Part shown: piece by piece, positions 1-10,549 of the stretch
Layout of the letters: each line of letters begins with the position of its first letter
How positions within the stretch are numbered: the first letter of the stretch is position 1
The notes under the pieces: model-generated
Databases searched by the model: none
The model's input: only the letters and a program-made list of their open reading frames with translations
Told to the model about the DNA's origin: nothing
Program-made: the position numbers and the translations under genes
NCBI GenBank assembly: GCA_963754875.1
Contig: CAVWHO010000008.1
Coordinates: forward strand, 379,066-443,065
Direction: 5' to 3'
Origin: Nitrospirota bacterium
GTDB lineage: Bacteria; Nitrospirota; UBA9217
DNA: 64,000 bases

Positions 1-414
1 ACGCGTAATTTTTTATCTGTTCTAAATGAAAGTTCTTTCATCGTGCGAATATCCCGCCAGGGTTGTATGATATCGTGAAGCATCCTTGCACAATATGATA
101 ACCACGAACGTCATCATATTGTATCCCGTTGTATCCAGGAACGCAAGTTGAGCAAGAACAAAACATATATCCCCCGGAACATATGCAACCAAGTCCTGCT
201 TAGAAAGATGCTTGTAAAGCGATGTAATGTAATTACAGATTAGAATTAACGTCCCTACAATTTCAAATATCAGGATGACGAATATGCCCCTCCCTACAAA
301 ATACTCAATACCCAAGAGGAGCTCGTTACCAGAATATTCAAATATTGCTCAATTCTTCACCATAAACGTTATGATTTAAGGTGCCACATACTAGTAGGTT
401 GCATATCCATTATC

Positions 415-434
415 AATACCCCGCATGGGGTATT
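415..434. promoter_or_regulatory. Perfect dyad AATACCCC-GCAT-GGGGTATT, resembling a CsoR/RcnR-family operator
   Basis: 8-bp inverted repeat with C and G tracts in an AT-rich intergenic region; fits the TACCCC-N4-GGGGTA pattern. No regulator gene in the window. Confidence 0.35.
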
Positions 435-1146
435 TTAAGGGTACTTCGACACGAATATGCATAGGAGGTACATAATGTTAAAATCATCAAAATACCATCC
501 AATAGCTCAACGGGCACTACAATAATGCGTCATATACATTTACTAATAACGTTGTTTCGTTCCAAGATTGCAATATAAAGTTCTTATCCTCGTTTGACTT
601 TCCAACGACATGTGTAATGAAAAAGAATTAATAATCAGATATAGTTTATCTCCGTCCGCCTCTTCTTGTCAAGGCAGCCTTCGCAATGTATATAAACTGG
701 TTTATTCTGCTATATAGCAAAGAAATTGCAACAAGAAATTGTCTGCTATGGTCAACTTTTTTTCAACAATATCGAACTTCAGTTTCTAAGCTACCTATAT
801 CTATATGGAAAGATGAAGATCATGTCTAATAATAAAGGCTTTTCCAAAGTTTTTTTGTTGAGTTATCTTATGTTATTTAGAAAGAAAAGTCAACAACTCT
901 AAAAGGGTATTTTTAGGGTATACATATAAAATTCTAATTTTAAATGTAATTATATATATATTGCAACTATTTAAAATATATAGACAAACTCGTAAAAGGC
1001 TGGATGATTATGAGGGAAATGCTACTATTCGTAGCGCATATTATTTTTCCACATTAGCAGCCTTGTTCAATCTGCTATGTTATAAGTGTCATGAGACAAA
1101 AATTCCTTAGTCTCTTTTTAAAGGGTTACAGTCAATTTGCTACAGG

Positions 1147-1344
1147 GCATACGAAGTTCGAGACCTGGAATACATTCTCAGGCGGTTTCCACACTTTATG
1201 GAGCAAGTGTATAATTAAATGACTGCATTCATGACTGGATTACGTTCCCCCCTGCTGAATTCGAGGCAATGCTGATAAAACAAAACCAAAAAAAACTCTG
1301 TCCGGTTAGCTAAGCTAACTGTCCAAACTCAGGGGTGCAGTTCA
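1147..1344 (+). mobile_element. Degenerate IS3-family remnant (transposase C-terminus plus right terminal inverted repeat)
   Basis: Broken translation ...PHFMEQVYN/K*LHS*LDYVP/PAEFEAM resembles the IS3 OrfB end (YN.KRLHS.LGY.PP.EFE). It is followed by CTGTCCAAACTCAGGGGTGCAGTTCA (1319-1344), whose reverse complement TGAACTGCACCCC... is a typical IS3/IS150-group end. Confidence 0.7.
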
Positions 1345-1416
1345 ACAAGCGCCCCCCCCACAAACACATATTTAGTCGGTGGCGTCCAGATATTATTTAT
1401 TGCCATAATATATCTC

Positions 1417-2103
1417 TCAACGAAATAGATTGTATTTCATTATGCAATAAATGGCTCTGAATCCGTCTTTCCAGCCGATTTTTTTCCCTTCACCATAAGT
1501 CCTGCCGTAGTACGATATTCCTACTTCGTAAATACGACAACCTCTCTTCGCAATCTTTGCCGTTATCTCGGGCTCAAACCCAAATCGGTCTTCCTCGATT
1601 TTAATTGACTGAATAATCTCACGCTTGAATGCTTTATAGCACGTTTCCATATCGGTGAGGTTGATGTTTGTAAACATGTTTGACAGGAGCGTAAGAAGCC
1701 AGTTTCCTACAGAGTGCCAATAATATACAACGCGATGCGGCCGGCCCCCCATGAATCGCGAGCCGTACACCACATCCGCATTGTTCTGGATAAGAGGCTC
1801 CAACAGCAGTGGGTATTCCTGCGGATCGTACTCAAGATCGGAGTCTTGGATAATGACAAAATCACCGGTTGCTGCGGCAATCCCGGTGCGCAAGGCCGCC
1901 CCTTTGCCCCGATTGCGTTCATGCATCATAACACGGACATCATCACCACGAGCAAGTTTGCGAATGATATCACGGGTGCCGTCCCTGGAGCAGTCATCAA
2001 CGACAATGATCTCTTTATCCAGGTTAACATTCTTGACGCGGGTGATAAGCTGTTCGATGGTCGCCTTTTCGTTATAAACTGGAATAATGACTGACAATTT
2101 CAT
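1417..2103 (-). CDS. Glycosyltransferase family 2, DPM1-like polyprenol-phosphate sugar synthase
   Basis: [43 protein letters not shown] and FGFEPEIT motifs. Confidence 0.93.
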   Translation of the reverse strand: MKLSVIIPVYNEKATIEQLITRVKNVNLDKEIIVVDDCSRDGTRDIIRKLARGDDVRVMMHERNRGKGAALRTGIAAATGDFVIIQDSDLEYDPQEYPLLLEPLIQNNADVVYGSRFMGGRPHRVVYYWHSVGNWLLTLLSNMFTNINLTDMETCYKAFKREIIQSIKIEEDRFGFEPEITAKIAKRGCRIYEVGISYYGRTYGEGKKIGWKDGFRAIYCIMKYNLFR

Positions 2104-2742
2104 AGCCGCATCCTTTCCTTAATACGAATGAATCTCGCGCAGAGCACTGCGCATTCGTCCAGATCCGCTGCTAGACACAGGAACAGCTGATCACTGTCGA
2201 GGGTGACGTTACTCGCATAATCACCGCCGGCAATCCGCGCGGTATATGTTTTTTTGAGAGGCAAATAAATGCCCATTCCAAGGACATAAAGGTGTAGGCC
2301 AGAAGGCAAACGAAAATAATCATAGAGACGATATGAGCGCAAGTTTTAATATGCCGAAACAAATCGCCCTTGTGGCTGTTCGCGATGCTCAAGACTGTTT
2401 GTTTTAAAGAGTCACTGCTTTTGTTCTGCTAAAAGAAGACACTCAGAGTTTTTGACATCGTTACAGCAATAATAATAGTAAAAACATTAATTTTCGGTGT
2501 CTATAGATCCCATCACACCTCTTTTTTATGTACCGCGGCGGTTCTCTCTGAAGCACATTAACAAAAGTAAGACAATAGTGCAAGGGTAACGAAAAGAAGA
2601 TGGAAAGCGGCGCTCCTCCCCATGGTCGAGATGCGTTTACGATAAATCATCAAGACAATAAGCTGTTTTCTCTTGCAAAAAATTAAAAAACTGCTATACA
2701 TAAATGGGTATTTTTTAAAATAAATTGGGGATTGTTACGAAT

Positions 2743-5700
2743 ATGAGTCTCTTCGTCTTTGCCTTATTTTTTATTTCTGGGGCCTGTGGCCTCATCTATG
2801 AAGTTGTTTGGTCTCGAATGATGACGCTTATATTCGGGAGAAGCGTCCTGGCAGTGGGTACCGTCCTCGCTGCATTCATGTGGGGTCTCGCGATCGGGAG
2901 CTACCTGCTCGGAAAGTATGCCGACCGGAGCCGCAATCCGCTTCGTCTCTATGCCATCTACGAGATTGGAGTCGGGATTAGCGCATTTATTGCCTCGTTC
3001 CTCTTGATGCGCATAACCCCCATCTACGTATGGGTTCATGCAACCTTCGGGGACTATCCCGTGATGTTCATCGTGGTACGCTTTTTCATCGCCTTTGCGC
3101 TCCTTACACTGCCCACAGCCTTGATGGGAGCCACCCTCCCCCTCCTCTCCCGCGTCGTCGTTAAGCAGCTGTCGCGCGTCAGCCACGAGTTGGGCAGCCT
3201 CTACGCCATCAACACCGTGGGAGCGGTGGCCGGCAGTCTTCTCGCAGGCTTTTATCTTATCGGGCGCCTTGGTTTGCACGACACCGTAGCCGTAGCCGTT
3301 GTGGGTAACCTGGCTGTAGGCATAGTGGCGTGGTTTGCCTCATTTCGCACCGGCCCCGCAGGCGATAAAGTCGCGCAATCTTCGCCGGATACGTCGCCTG
3401 TGATACATATCGACATTGGTCGGTCCCGGAGCACCTTCCGGTTGGTTCTCCTTTCATTCGCCTTGTCGGGAGTGACGTCCTTTGCCTATGAAATTTTCTG
3501 GACGCGTTCGCTTGTCTTTTTGCTCGGCAACACGACCTATGCCTTTACGCTGATGCTCACGGCTTTTCTGCTGGGGATTGCGCTCGGAGGATACGGGATA
3601 CGGTTCCTTGCAGACATGGTGAAAGCCCCTCTACGGCTGTTCGCTGTAATCGAGATCCTTATCGGAGTCTTTTCAGCCATTGCCTTGCCCCTGCTTTTTC
3701 TTATCGTCAAGTCGGATGCCATACACGCCTTAATCCTTCGCTACTCCGCTCAACTCGATTTGCTAGCTGCATCTAACTTCTTGCTCTCCCTATCCCTCAT
3801 GCTCTTTCCAGCTACCCTGATCGGAGCGACGCTGCCCCTCATGGGCCGTATCTTCCTGTCTGATCTACAGCGTACCGGAACGACGGTTGGCAAGCTCTAC
3901 GCCGTCAACACGATCGGCAACGTCATTGGTGCGCTCCTGCCAGGGCTTGTTATCATGCCGATCATGGGAATTCAGAAAGGCATCCTCCTAATGGCAGCCC
4001 TCAACGTGGGTCTGGGCATCGCACTTTTCTTTTCCCAAGGGAAGCGCGCCATGATCTTCCTGTCCGCAACGGCTGTGGCCTTCGTTTTTTTTGCGCTCTT
4101 CCTTGTGCGGCTCCCCATAGCATTCCAGTTCCCGTCAGAGTATCAAAGACCGCGGGATGAGGTGCTCTATTATAAGGAAGGCGGCCTCGTGACCACGAAG
4201 GTCTGGACCAGTGCCGACTCGGGCTATAAAGTTATCAGCGTCGACGGGATCAACATCGGCGGGACCAGCGATTCCGATTACAAGCAGCAGCTCCTTGCCC
4301 ACTTGCCGAAGCTGCTCCTGAAATCCTACCGTTCGGAGCTGTCAATCGGACTCGGCTCCGGGATACTCGCTGGCGAAAGTGCCCGTCACTCCGCGTTGCG
4401 GAAAATTGTAAGCGTGGAAATATCGCAGGGTGTTGCTTCCGGAGCGGCATATTTCTCCGAAGCAAATTACAGCATTCTCCACGATCCTCGCGCGGTCATC
4501 GTCGTGGATGATGTGGTTGATTTTCTCGAAACGACGCCGGATCACTTCGACATCATATCGGCTGACGAAAAAACAACGGGGAAATACGCCACAAACTCTT
4601 TCTCGTACTCGAAGGAATACTATGCGATGCTGCAGAAACGGCTCGCCCCCGGAGGGCTTGTAATTCAATGGATGCCGACCGATCTTCCGCCGACGCAGTA
4701 TGCCCTCGCTCTAAGGACGTTCCTGGATTCGTTCCCACATGTTCAACTCTGGTATTTCCCTCCTATTGGACGGTTCACCATGTCGAATACGATCCTTGTC
4801 GGCTCGAACGATCCCGTGGACATGGATCCGTTATGGATGCGCCAAGCAATGGAACGGGAACCAGAAGCGTTCATGGGGATACGCAAATACGGTCTGACAA
4901 CCGCAGAGGCCGTCTTGGCACATTTCGTCGGGACCGAGGAAACGCTGCGCCGCGCACTCCCGCCCGGACCGGTGAATTCTTTTGATAAGCCTTATTACGA
5001 ATTTTACTCTCCCCGCGACTATGCCGTCCCCCCCAATGAGAGAACGCTCGTAAATCATTCCATGCTGACAGCGGTTCGCGGACCAGACTTCAACCGAATT
5101 GTGATGAAAGGAATCATCGGCCCGGAGGCGGGACGTCTGCAAGCGGCCTTCCAGGCCGAGGGGACCTTTCTCGACGGACACACCGCCCAGCTCCGGGGAA
5201 ATCCCTTTCCGGCGGTTATGGGACGCTATGACCAGGCCATCGGCCTTGCACCGTGGGACAGGAACCTGCGTAACGAAGTCGTCTCCTACCTCAATAGGGA
5301 ATACCTCAGCTTATATTTAAACGGCGATTATCCAGATGCCGCGGGCATTCTCCGTCAGGCCGCCGACTTATTCCCTGAGAGCTCAGATGTTCACGAAGAT
5401 TATGGATGGATACTCTGGAGGATAAACCAGTCCGATCTTGCGATGACGGAGCTTCAACGAGCCCTGGCGATGAACACGAAACTCATACCTCCGCGAAGAA
5501 TTCTAGCCTCGATATATGCATCACGAGGACAATCGGAACAGGCTATTGCTCAGTGGAAGACCGCACTCGCCCTTGACCCGAATAATGTCCCGACGCTCGT
5601 CGGTTACGGAATCTATCTTGCTGATCTGCGATCGAGCTCGGATGCCCTTGACTATGTCCGGAAGGCATATCGACTCGACTCTGAAGATCCCGAGGTGATC

Positions 5701-5835
5701 AATGCGTACGCCATCGTCACCTACGCGACCGGCAATATCAGCGAGGCGAGGCACATTGTTTTGAAGGGCGGCAACTACTACCATGGCAATCGGGATTTCG
5801 AAAAGATCCGGGCCGCGATCCTGAGCGGATCATAG
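2743..5835 (+). CDS. Fused membrane (MFS-like) / spermidine-synthase-like protein with C-terminal TPRs
   Basis: SGACGLIYEVVWSR and LYAINTVGAV repeated membrane halves, then IGLGSG..VEIS..DIISAD Rossmann motifs, then TPR-like helices. ATG 2743 preferred over TTG 2725. Confidence 0.88.
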   Translation: MSLFVFALFFISGACGLIYEVVWSRMMTLIFGRSVLAVGTVLAAFMWGLAIGSYLLGKYADRSRNPLRLYAIYEIGVGISAFIASFLLMRITPIYVWVHATFGDYPVMFIVVRFFIAFALLTLPTALMGATLPLLSRVVVKQLSRVSHELGSLYAINTVGAVAGSLLAGFYLIGRLGLHDTVAVAVVGNLAVGIVAWFASFRTGPAGDKVAQSSPDTSPVIHIDIGRSRSTFRLVLLSFALSGVTSFAYEIFWTRSLVFLLGNTTYAFTLMLTAFLLGIALGGYGIRFLADMVKAPLRLFAVIEILIGVFSAIALPLLFLIVKSDAIHALILRYSAQLDLLAASNFLLSLSLMLFPATLIGATLPLMGRIFLSDLQRTGTTVGKLYAVNTIGNVIGALLPGLVIMPIMGIQKGILLMAALNVGLGIALFFSQGKRAMIFLSATAVAFVFFALFLVRLPIAFQFPSEYQRPRDEVLYYKEGGLVTTKVWTSADSGYKVISVDGINIGGTSDSDYKQQLLAHLPKLLLKSYRSELSIGLGSGILAGESARHSALRKIVSVEISQGVASGAAYFSEANYSILHDPRAVIVVDDVVDFLETTPDHFDIISADEKTTGKYATNSFSYSKEYYAMLQKRLAPGGLVIQWMPTDLPPTQYALALRTFLDSFPHVQLWYFPPIGRFTMSNTILVGSNDPVDMDPLWMRQAMEREPEAFMGIRKYGLTTAEAVLAHFVGTEETLRRALPPGPVNSFDKPYYEFYSPRDYAVPPNERTLVNHSMLTAVRGPDFNRIVMKGIIGPEAGRLQAAFQAEGTFLDGHTAQLRGNPFPAVMGRYDQAIGLAPWDRNLRNEVVSYLNREYLSLYLNGDYPDAAGILRQAADLFPESSDVHEDYGWILWRINQSDLAMTELQRALAMNTKLIPPRRILASIYASRGQSEQAIAQWKTALALDPNNVPTLVGYGIYLADLRSSSDALDYVRKAYRLDSEDPEVINAYAIVTYATGNISEARHIVLKGGNYYHGNRDFEKIRAAILSGS

Positions 5836-5951
5836 GTTGCAATGAGAAAACTGAACATCATCGACGAACTGAAACCTATTTGCCAGATCTTGTGATGTTC
5901 TTCCCTGCATAAGTTGCCGTGATCCGCATGTCTTCCTGGTGATATAAACTC

Positions 5952-7766
5952 ATGAGATTATTGAGGTTGATCATGAACCGAAAGCAACATGTCAAATATT
6001 ATATTGCAGCTATCATTGCATTTATAACATTCATCGTATACCTGTCATCGCTTCAGAATAACTTCATTAACTGGGATGATGACCTGTATGTCTTAAATAA
6101 CGTTCACATACGTTCATTTGATCTTCATTTCCTTAAATGGCTGTTTTTTGATTTTTATGCATCCTACTGGGCACCCCTTACATGGACATCCCATGCTATG
6201 GATTATGCCATCTGGGGCCTGAATCCCTGGGGTCATCATCTCATGAACAATTTTTTCCATGCAGTAAATACCTTTTTTGTGGTAATTGTCGTAATAAAAC
6301 TTCTCGAGGCATGGAATGAAAAAGGGATGACAAAAATCTTTTCCGAGCGGGAAATGCTGACAGCGGCAGGGACCGTCGGTGTTTTATTCGGTCTTCATCC
6401 CCTGCATGTAGAATCGGCTGTCTGGGTCGCAGAGCGCAAGGACCTCTTGTGCGCCCTGTTCTTCCTTCTCAGCATTATTTCTTACATAGCTTATGTCCGT
6501 GGTGAAGACAACAGCGCTACGCGCAAAGCGCTGTTCTCTCGGTTTTCTTTTAACAAATACTATCTCATCACAATCGGTTTTTTCATTCTTGCCCTCCTCA
6601 GTAAACCAATGGCGGTTTCCCTGCCAGCGGTGCTTCTGATCCTTGACTGGTATCCTTTCCAAAAAATAAAATCTTCCGCCTCATTTTGGAAAGCAGTTAT
6701 CGAGAAAATTCCCTTTATTGCATTAAGTCTGGGGATGTCAGTCATCATCATACTCGCCCATAAAGCGGGAGGCGCCATCGCCCCCATAACCATGGTGCCC
6801 TTATCGACGCGGGCCATCGTCTCCGCCCATTCTCTCATCGCTTATATCGGAATGATGATATGGCCGCTGAATTTGCTCCCTGTGTATACATATCCGCCGG
6901 CATCAACTGTACTATCGTTGAAGTATCTTTCTTCAATCATATTCGTAATAGGAATTACCATCGCCTTTGTTGTTAAAGCGAAAAAAAATAGATTATGGCT
7001 GGCGGCCTGGTCATATTACACTATCACGCTCATTCCCGTACTCGGTATCGTGCAAGTAGGGCCACAAGCAATGGCAGACCGGTTTACGTATTTACCAAGC
7101 CTGGGTCCGTTTTTCCTCATCGGTTTGGCGGCAGCATGGATTGCAAAGCATGTATTTGCCGGTGCAGGGATGAACACTTTTGTCAAGGCTGTCATCATCG
7201 CGGCCGCATTTGTGATTTGTGCGGCTCTGTCATATGTAACCTACCAGCAGATCGGTATCTGGAAAAACGGAATTGAACTATGGACGTATGTTATTGACAG
7301 AGATCCGACAAGGGCATTCTTTGCATATAACAACCGCGGCGTTTGTTATGAAAATGCGGGCCAGATTGATAAGGCGGTCGAGGACTACCAGAAAACAATT
7401 GCTTTGAACCCAGGTGACGATCAGGCCTATTTCAATTTGGGAGTCATCTACCAAAAGGCCGGCGCACAGGATAAAGCGACAGAGTACTACAGTGATTCTC
7501 TCGCCATAAACCCGAATAGAGCGGAAGCTCTCCACAATCGAGGAGTAATCTATTCCCAAAACGGCCAACCTGATAAGGCTCTGGACGATTTCAATAGAGC
7601 CATCGCTTTGAATCCGGATATGGGCATTGCCTATTATAATCGTGCGACTCTTTATCTCAGGACAAACAGGCAGAATCTTGCCCTGTTGGACTTTCGAAAA
7701 GCCTGCGATTTGGGGAACAAAGATGCCTGTAGCACGCTGGCATCGGGAGAGTCTTCTTTCAAGTAG
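5952..7766 (+). CDS. TMTC-like GT-C membrane glycosyltransferase with C-terminal TPRs
   Basis: FINWDDDLYV loop, HPLHVESAVWVAERKDLL, LLSKPMAV and MADRFTYLPS motifs, followed by about 4 TPRs (AYNNRG, AYFNLG, ALHNRG, AYYNRA). Confidence 0.85.
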   Translation: MRLLRLIMNRKQHVKYYIAAIIAFITFIVYLSSLQNNFINWDDDLYVLNNVHIRSFDLHFLKWLFFDFYASYWAPLTWTSHAMDYAIWGLNPWGHHLMNNFFHAVNTFFVVIVVIKLLEAWNEKGMTKIFSEREMLTAAGTVGVLFGLHPLHVESAVWVAERKDLLCALFFLLSIISYIAYVRGEDNSATRKALFSRFSFNKYYLITIGFFILALLSKPMAVSLPAVLLILDWYPFQKIKSSASFWKAVIEKIPFIALSLGMSVIIILAHKAGGAIAPITMVPLSTRAIVSAHSLIAYIGMMIWPLNLLPVYTYPPASTVLSLKYLSSIIFVIGITIAFVVKAKKNRLWLAAWSYYTITLIPVLGIVQVGPQAMADRFTYLPSLGPFFLIGLAAAWIAKHVFAGAGMNTFVKAVIIAAAFVICAALSYVTYQQIGIWKNGIELWTYVIDRDPTRAFFAYNNRGVCYENAGQIDKAVEDYQKTIALNPGDDQAYFNLGVIYQKAGAQDKATEYYSDSLAINPNRAEALHNRGVIYSQNGQPDKALDDFNRAIALNPDMGIAYYNRATLYLRTNRQNLALLDFRKACDLGNKDACSTLASGESSFK

Positions 7767-7889
7767 GGAGTTAGCTCGTAAGAAGCCCCATCATCGCAGG
7801 GGTCCCACTACGTATTATCCCGAGAGCCTTTTTCAGATCATTTTTTGTTGAAATAAACGTCATACTGTTTTACATTGGAACAGGAGAAA

Positions 7890-8924
7890 ATGCAAAAGAT
7901 TGACTTTCCCGCCAGGATCAGATTACTGGCATTAACAGCTCTCATGGTTTTTATCTGGATCGTTTTGGGCATGGTGTATCTGGAGCGGTTCCTGCCGCCT
8001 TTTGATCGCCTTGAGCTGCAGCTGATGCCGTGGAAATCCGCAACCCCGTCCAGGGCAACCATTGATATGCGCCTTGCCATCATGCAGGATCAGTTGGACG
8101 CATCCAACAAAATTTCGAATTACGCTCTAGTAACCATGATCATCTCCTTTACCGCATTCAGCATTTATCTGTCGGTCATATACCAGCAAAAACAGCGGAG
8201 GGCGCGGGAAAACATGGTCCTCCTGCTCAAGAATCAGGAAATAGCCCGGCGTAACGAATTTATTCGCTATATTTCAGCCACAATCGGTCATGAATTCAAA
8301 AATAATCTCGGAAGAATCAAGCGAAGGATCGATCTTCTCTCCAACTTTCCCCAGGAAGCTAAAGAACGAATTGACGGCAATTTGGACAAATTATTTGCTG
8401 ATATCGACATCTTCAAAAAAATATCGGACGAGCGCGAGGCTGGCCTGGTTAATTTTCAAAAAACTGATCTCAAAGCCCTTCTGAACGATCTCACTGCTCA
8501 ATACAGCGATCTGGCCGAAATAGCGATCAACGACACCGTCTCGCTGCCAATGATCTACGCCGCTCCGCCCCTCTTAAAGACAGTATTCGAAAACATTTTG
8601 GATAACGCAGTCAAGTACAGAAAACCAGGCACACTCCGGGCCCGCGTGTTCGTGTCCTGTTCCATGGATAAGGACGGCAGTAGGAGATATGCTACGGTTT
8701 CGATCCGGGACGAAGGGATGGGGATGGACGAACAGCAGGCGGATCAATGTTTTTACAAGGGAAAAGGATCGGGTGAGAGCTGGGGACAAGGCCTGTATTT
8801 TACAAAATATGTCATTGGCCTGCATGCCGGAAGGATCAGAATCGGCAAGGAATATACCACGCCGGGCAAAGGCACGGAAATCATTATAAATCTGCCCTAC
8901 GTCGAGGAGGCGCTTGATGTTTAA
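7890..8924 (+). CDS. Sensor histidine kinase, two TM segments
   Basis: H-box IGHEFKNNL, N-box ENILDNAVKY, G1 DEGMG, G2 GQGLY. AGGAG RBS before ATG 7890. Confidence 0.9.
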   Translation: MQKIDFPARIRLLALTALMVFIWIVLGMVYLERFLPPFDRLELQLMPWKSATPSRATIDMRLAIMQDQLDASNKISNYALVTMIISFTAFSIYLSVIYQQKQRRARENMVLLLKNQEIARRNEFIRYISATIGHEFKNNLGRIKRRIDLLSNFPQEAKERIDGNLDKLFADIDIFKKISDEREAGLVNFQKTDLKALLNDLTAQYSDLAEIAINDTVSLPMIYAAPPLLKTVFENILDNAVKYRKPGTLRARVFVSCSMDKDGSRRYATVSIRDEGMGMDEQQADQCFYKGKGSGESWGQGLYFTKYVIGLHAGRIRIGKEYTTPGKGTEIIINLPYVEEALDV

Positions 8925-9807
8925 AGTGCTGGTCGCCGACGATGATTTCGAAGACCGCGAGCTCGTTAAGCTCGAAATTCAACGCACGCTCAGAAAAGAC
9001 GAGCCCGATCTCAGGTTTCATGAGGCAGTCAGCGTCCGGGACGCGGTCAACGCGCTGACGACCCAAATGTTCGACCTCATGACGCTCGACATTGAATTTG
9101 ACCGCATGACCGAAGGCATTGATGCCTTGCCGGAGCTGTTTGAAACCCATCCATCGCTGAATATCATCGTCATCAGCGGTAAGCTTGACAAAAGCGAGGT
9201 TTCGGAGCGTCTTTTTCGTTTCACGAAAGACAACGTTCTGAAAGGAAAACGCTGGGCCCGGCATTTCGACGTTCTCGACAAGAAAGACGACAAAACCGAG
9301 GCAATCCAGCGCGCGTACACATTCGCCTTGCAACAGCGGGAAGGCAGGAACAACATCCGGGAACTCTTTCTCCTGGCCGAATCCTATCTTGAAAAGAATA
9401 TGCTCGATAAATGCCTGGAGGTCTATCAAAAAATACAACTGCTTGCTCCCGGCGAGCGGGAGTCGCGGGAAAATATCGGCATTGTCAAGGGCGACGTGTC
9501 CGTCGAACAGGCATTGGATTATTTCCGGAACGGGGAAAAAGTCGTTGCCTCGCTTCTGCTCGGCTACCATATTGAAAACCGTCTGAGAGCTTTCACTACG
9601 CAGATACTCGGCCGGACGCTCCCAATCCTGTCCGATTGTCTGAAAGAGATGGAGCAGCAGCGCCGCATCAGTCACTTCAGGAAAGAGCTGTTCAGCGACC
9701 TGCTGGGGCTGCGTAACAGGGCCATTCATCAGCCGGCAAATATCTCCGAAGCGGAATTCAGGACCGCCTCGAAAAAACTGGGTCTCCTGGAGGAAGCCTC
9801 GGCATGA
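8917..9807 (+). CDS. Response regulator: receiver + helical linker + HEPN/DUF4145-like C-terminal domain
   Basis: VLVADDD, TLDIE and IVISG receiver motifs. C-terminal helical domain with ASLLLGYHIENRLR and an Rx4H motif (RNRAIH). Confidence 0.8.
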   Translation: MFKVLVADDDFEDRELVKLEIQRTLRKDEPDLRFHEAVSVRDAVNALTTQMFDLMTLDIEFDRMTEGIDALPELFETHPSLNIIVISGKLDKSEVSERLFRFTKDNVLKGKRWARHFDVLDKKDDKTEAIQRAYTFALQQREGRNNIRELFLLAESYLEKNMLDKCLEVYQKIQLLAPGERESRENIGIVKGDVSVEQALDYFRNGEKVVASLLLGYHIENRLRAFTTQILGRTLPILSDCLKEMEQQRRISHFRKELFSDLLGLRNRAIHQPANISEAEFRTASKKLGLLEEASA

Positions 9808-10448
9808 GTGGAAAATTTTTTTGGAAATATATGCCGCCGCTTGGCCCGATCCTTAGCCTGTTGCTTATCGGCTTGGTCCTCTTGAGCGCTATTCTCTACT
9901 ACCGCGCAGTCAAGATACAGAGGTTTCTCGAGCCTGCACTGGCCCTTTCCCAGCCGCGGAATGATTTCGCGAAAAACATCAACGCCCTCTTTCAGAAAGA
10001 ATTCGGGAAGGCCGGTGTAAGCGGCATCAACGTTCGGTCAAGTTCCATATTTATGGAAACGTCCGTGCTGTTTTCCCCGAATGGTGCTCCAAGAGCATCG
10101 GCTGAGGATTCCCTCAGGAAAATCGCCCGCATTTTTCATTCGCTGATGACAGACGAGCATGCACGGTCCGAGATCAATTTCATAATGATCATTGGCCACT
10201 ACCCTTCTAATGGGGTCACGACGGCAACCGCAATGGATAGGCTGAAAGTTCAGCATCTGACCGGGATCATCGAGGACACGCTGTTTCATGTCGAGCCCGA
10301 TCTTGCAAGGCCATATGCCTCATACTTTGCAGTTTCTGCACTGCCGGCAACATCAGCGGCTCAGGTTACTGCTGTGGAGTTTCGAATAGTACCTTCCGAT
10401 TACCTCCACATAGAGGTTTTGGAGAAACTGGAAAAATATTCTTATTAA
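9804..10448 (+). CDS. Single-TM protein with degenerate MotB/OmpA-like periplasmic domain
   Basis: N-terminal TM, then SVLFSPNGA..LRKIARIF..IMIIGH. ATGA overlap with the upstream gene. The canonical GHTD and LSxxRA residues are missing. Confidence 0.6.
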   Translation: MSGKFFWKYMPPLGPILSLLLIGLVLLSAILYYRAVKIQRFLEPALALSQPRNDFAKNINALFQKEFGKAGVSGINVRSSSIFMETSVLFSPNGAPRASAEDSLRKIARIFHSLMTDEHARSEINFIMIIGHYPSNGVTTATAMDRLKVQHLTGIIEDTLFHVEPDLARPYASYFAVSALPATSAAQVTAVEFRIVPSDYLHIEVLEKLEKYSY

Positions 10449-10549
10449 TCACATCGCAGCGGTATATCGGCCCCGGAGAGCAGGCATTCCTCTGTGATCG
10501 AAGATGTTATAGCTCTCGAGATGAGCTATGTTTTAATGAGTGAGAAATT

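Noticed and set aside
22..315. 97-aa minus-strand ORF at the window edge
   Set aside because: TTG start, no recognisable motif, AT-rich context; cannot be supported as a gene.
2100..2392. Two short overlapping minus-strand ORFs upstream of the GT2 gene, one with an ATGA overlap and one with a TM-like stretch
   Set aside because: Possibly a decayed gene, but I recognise no family and cannot reconstruct a convincing product.
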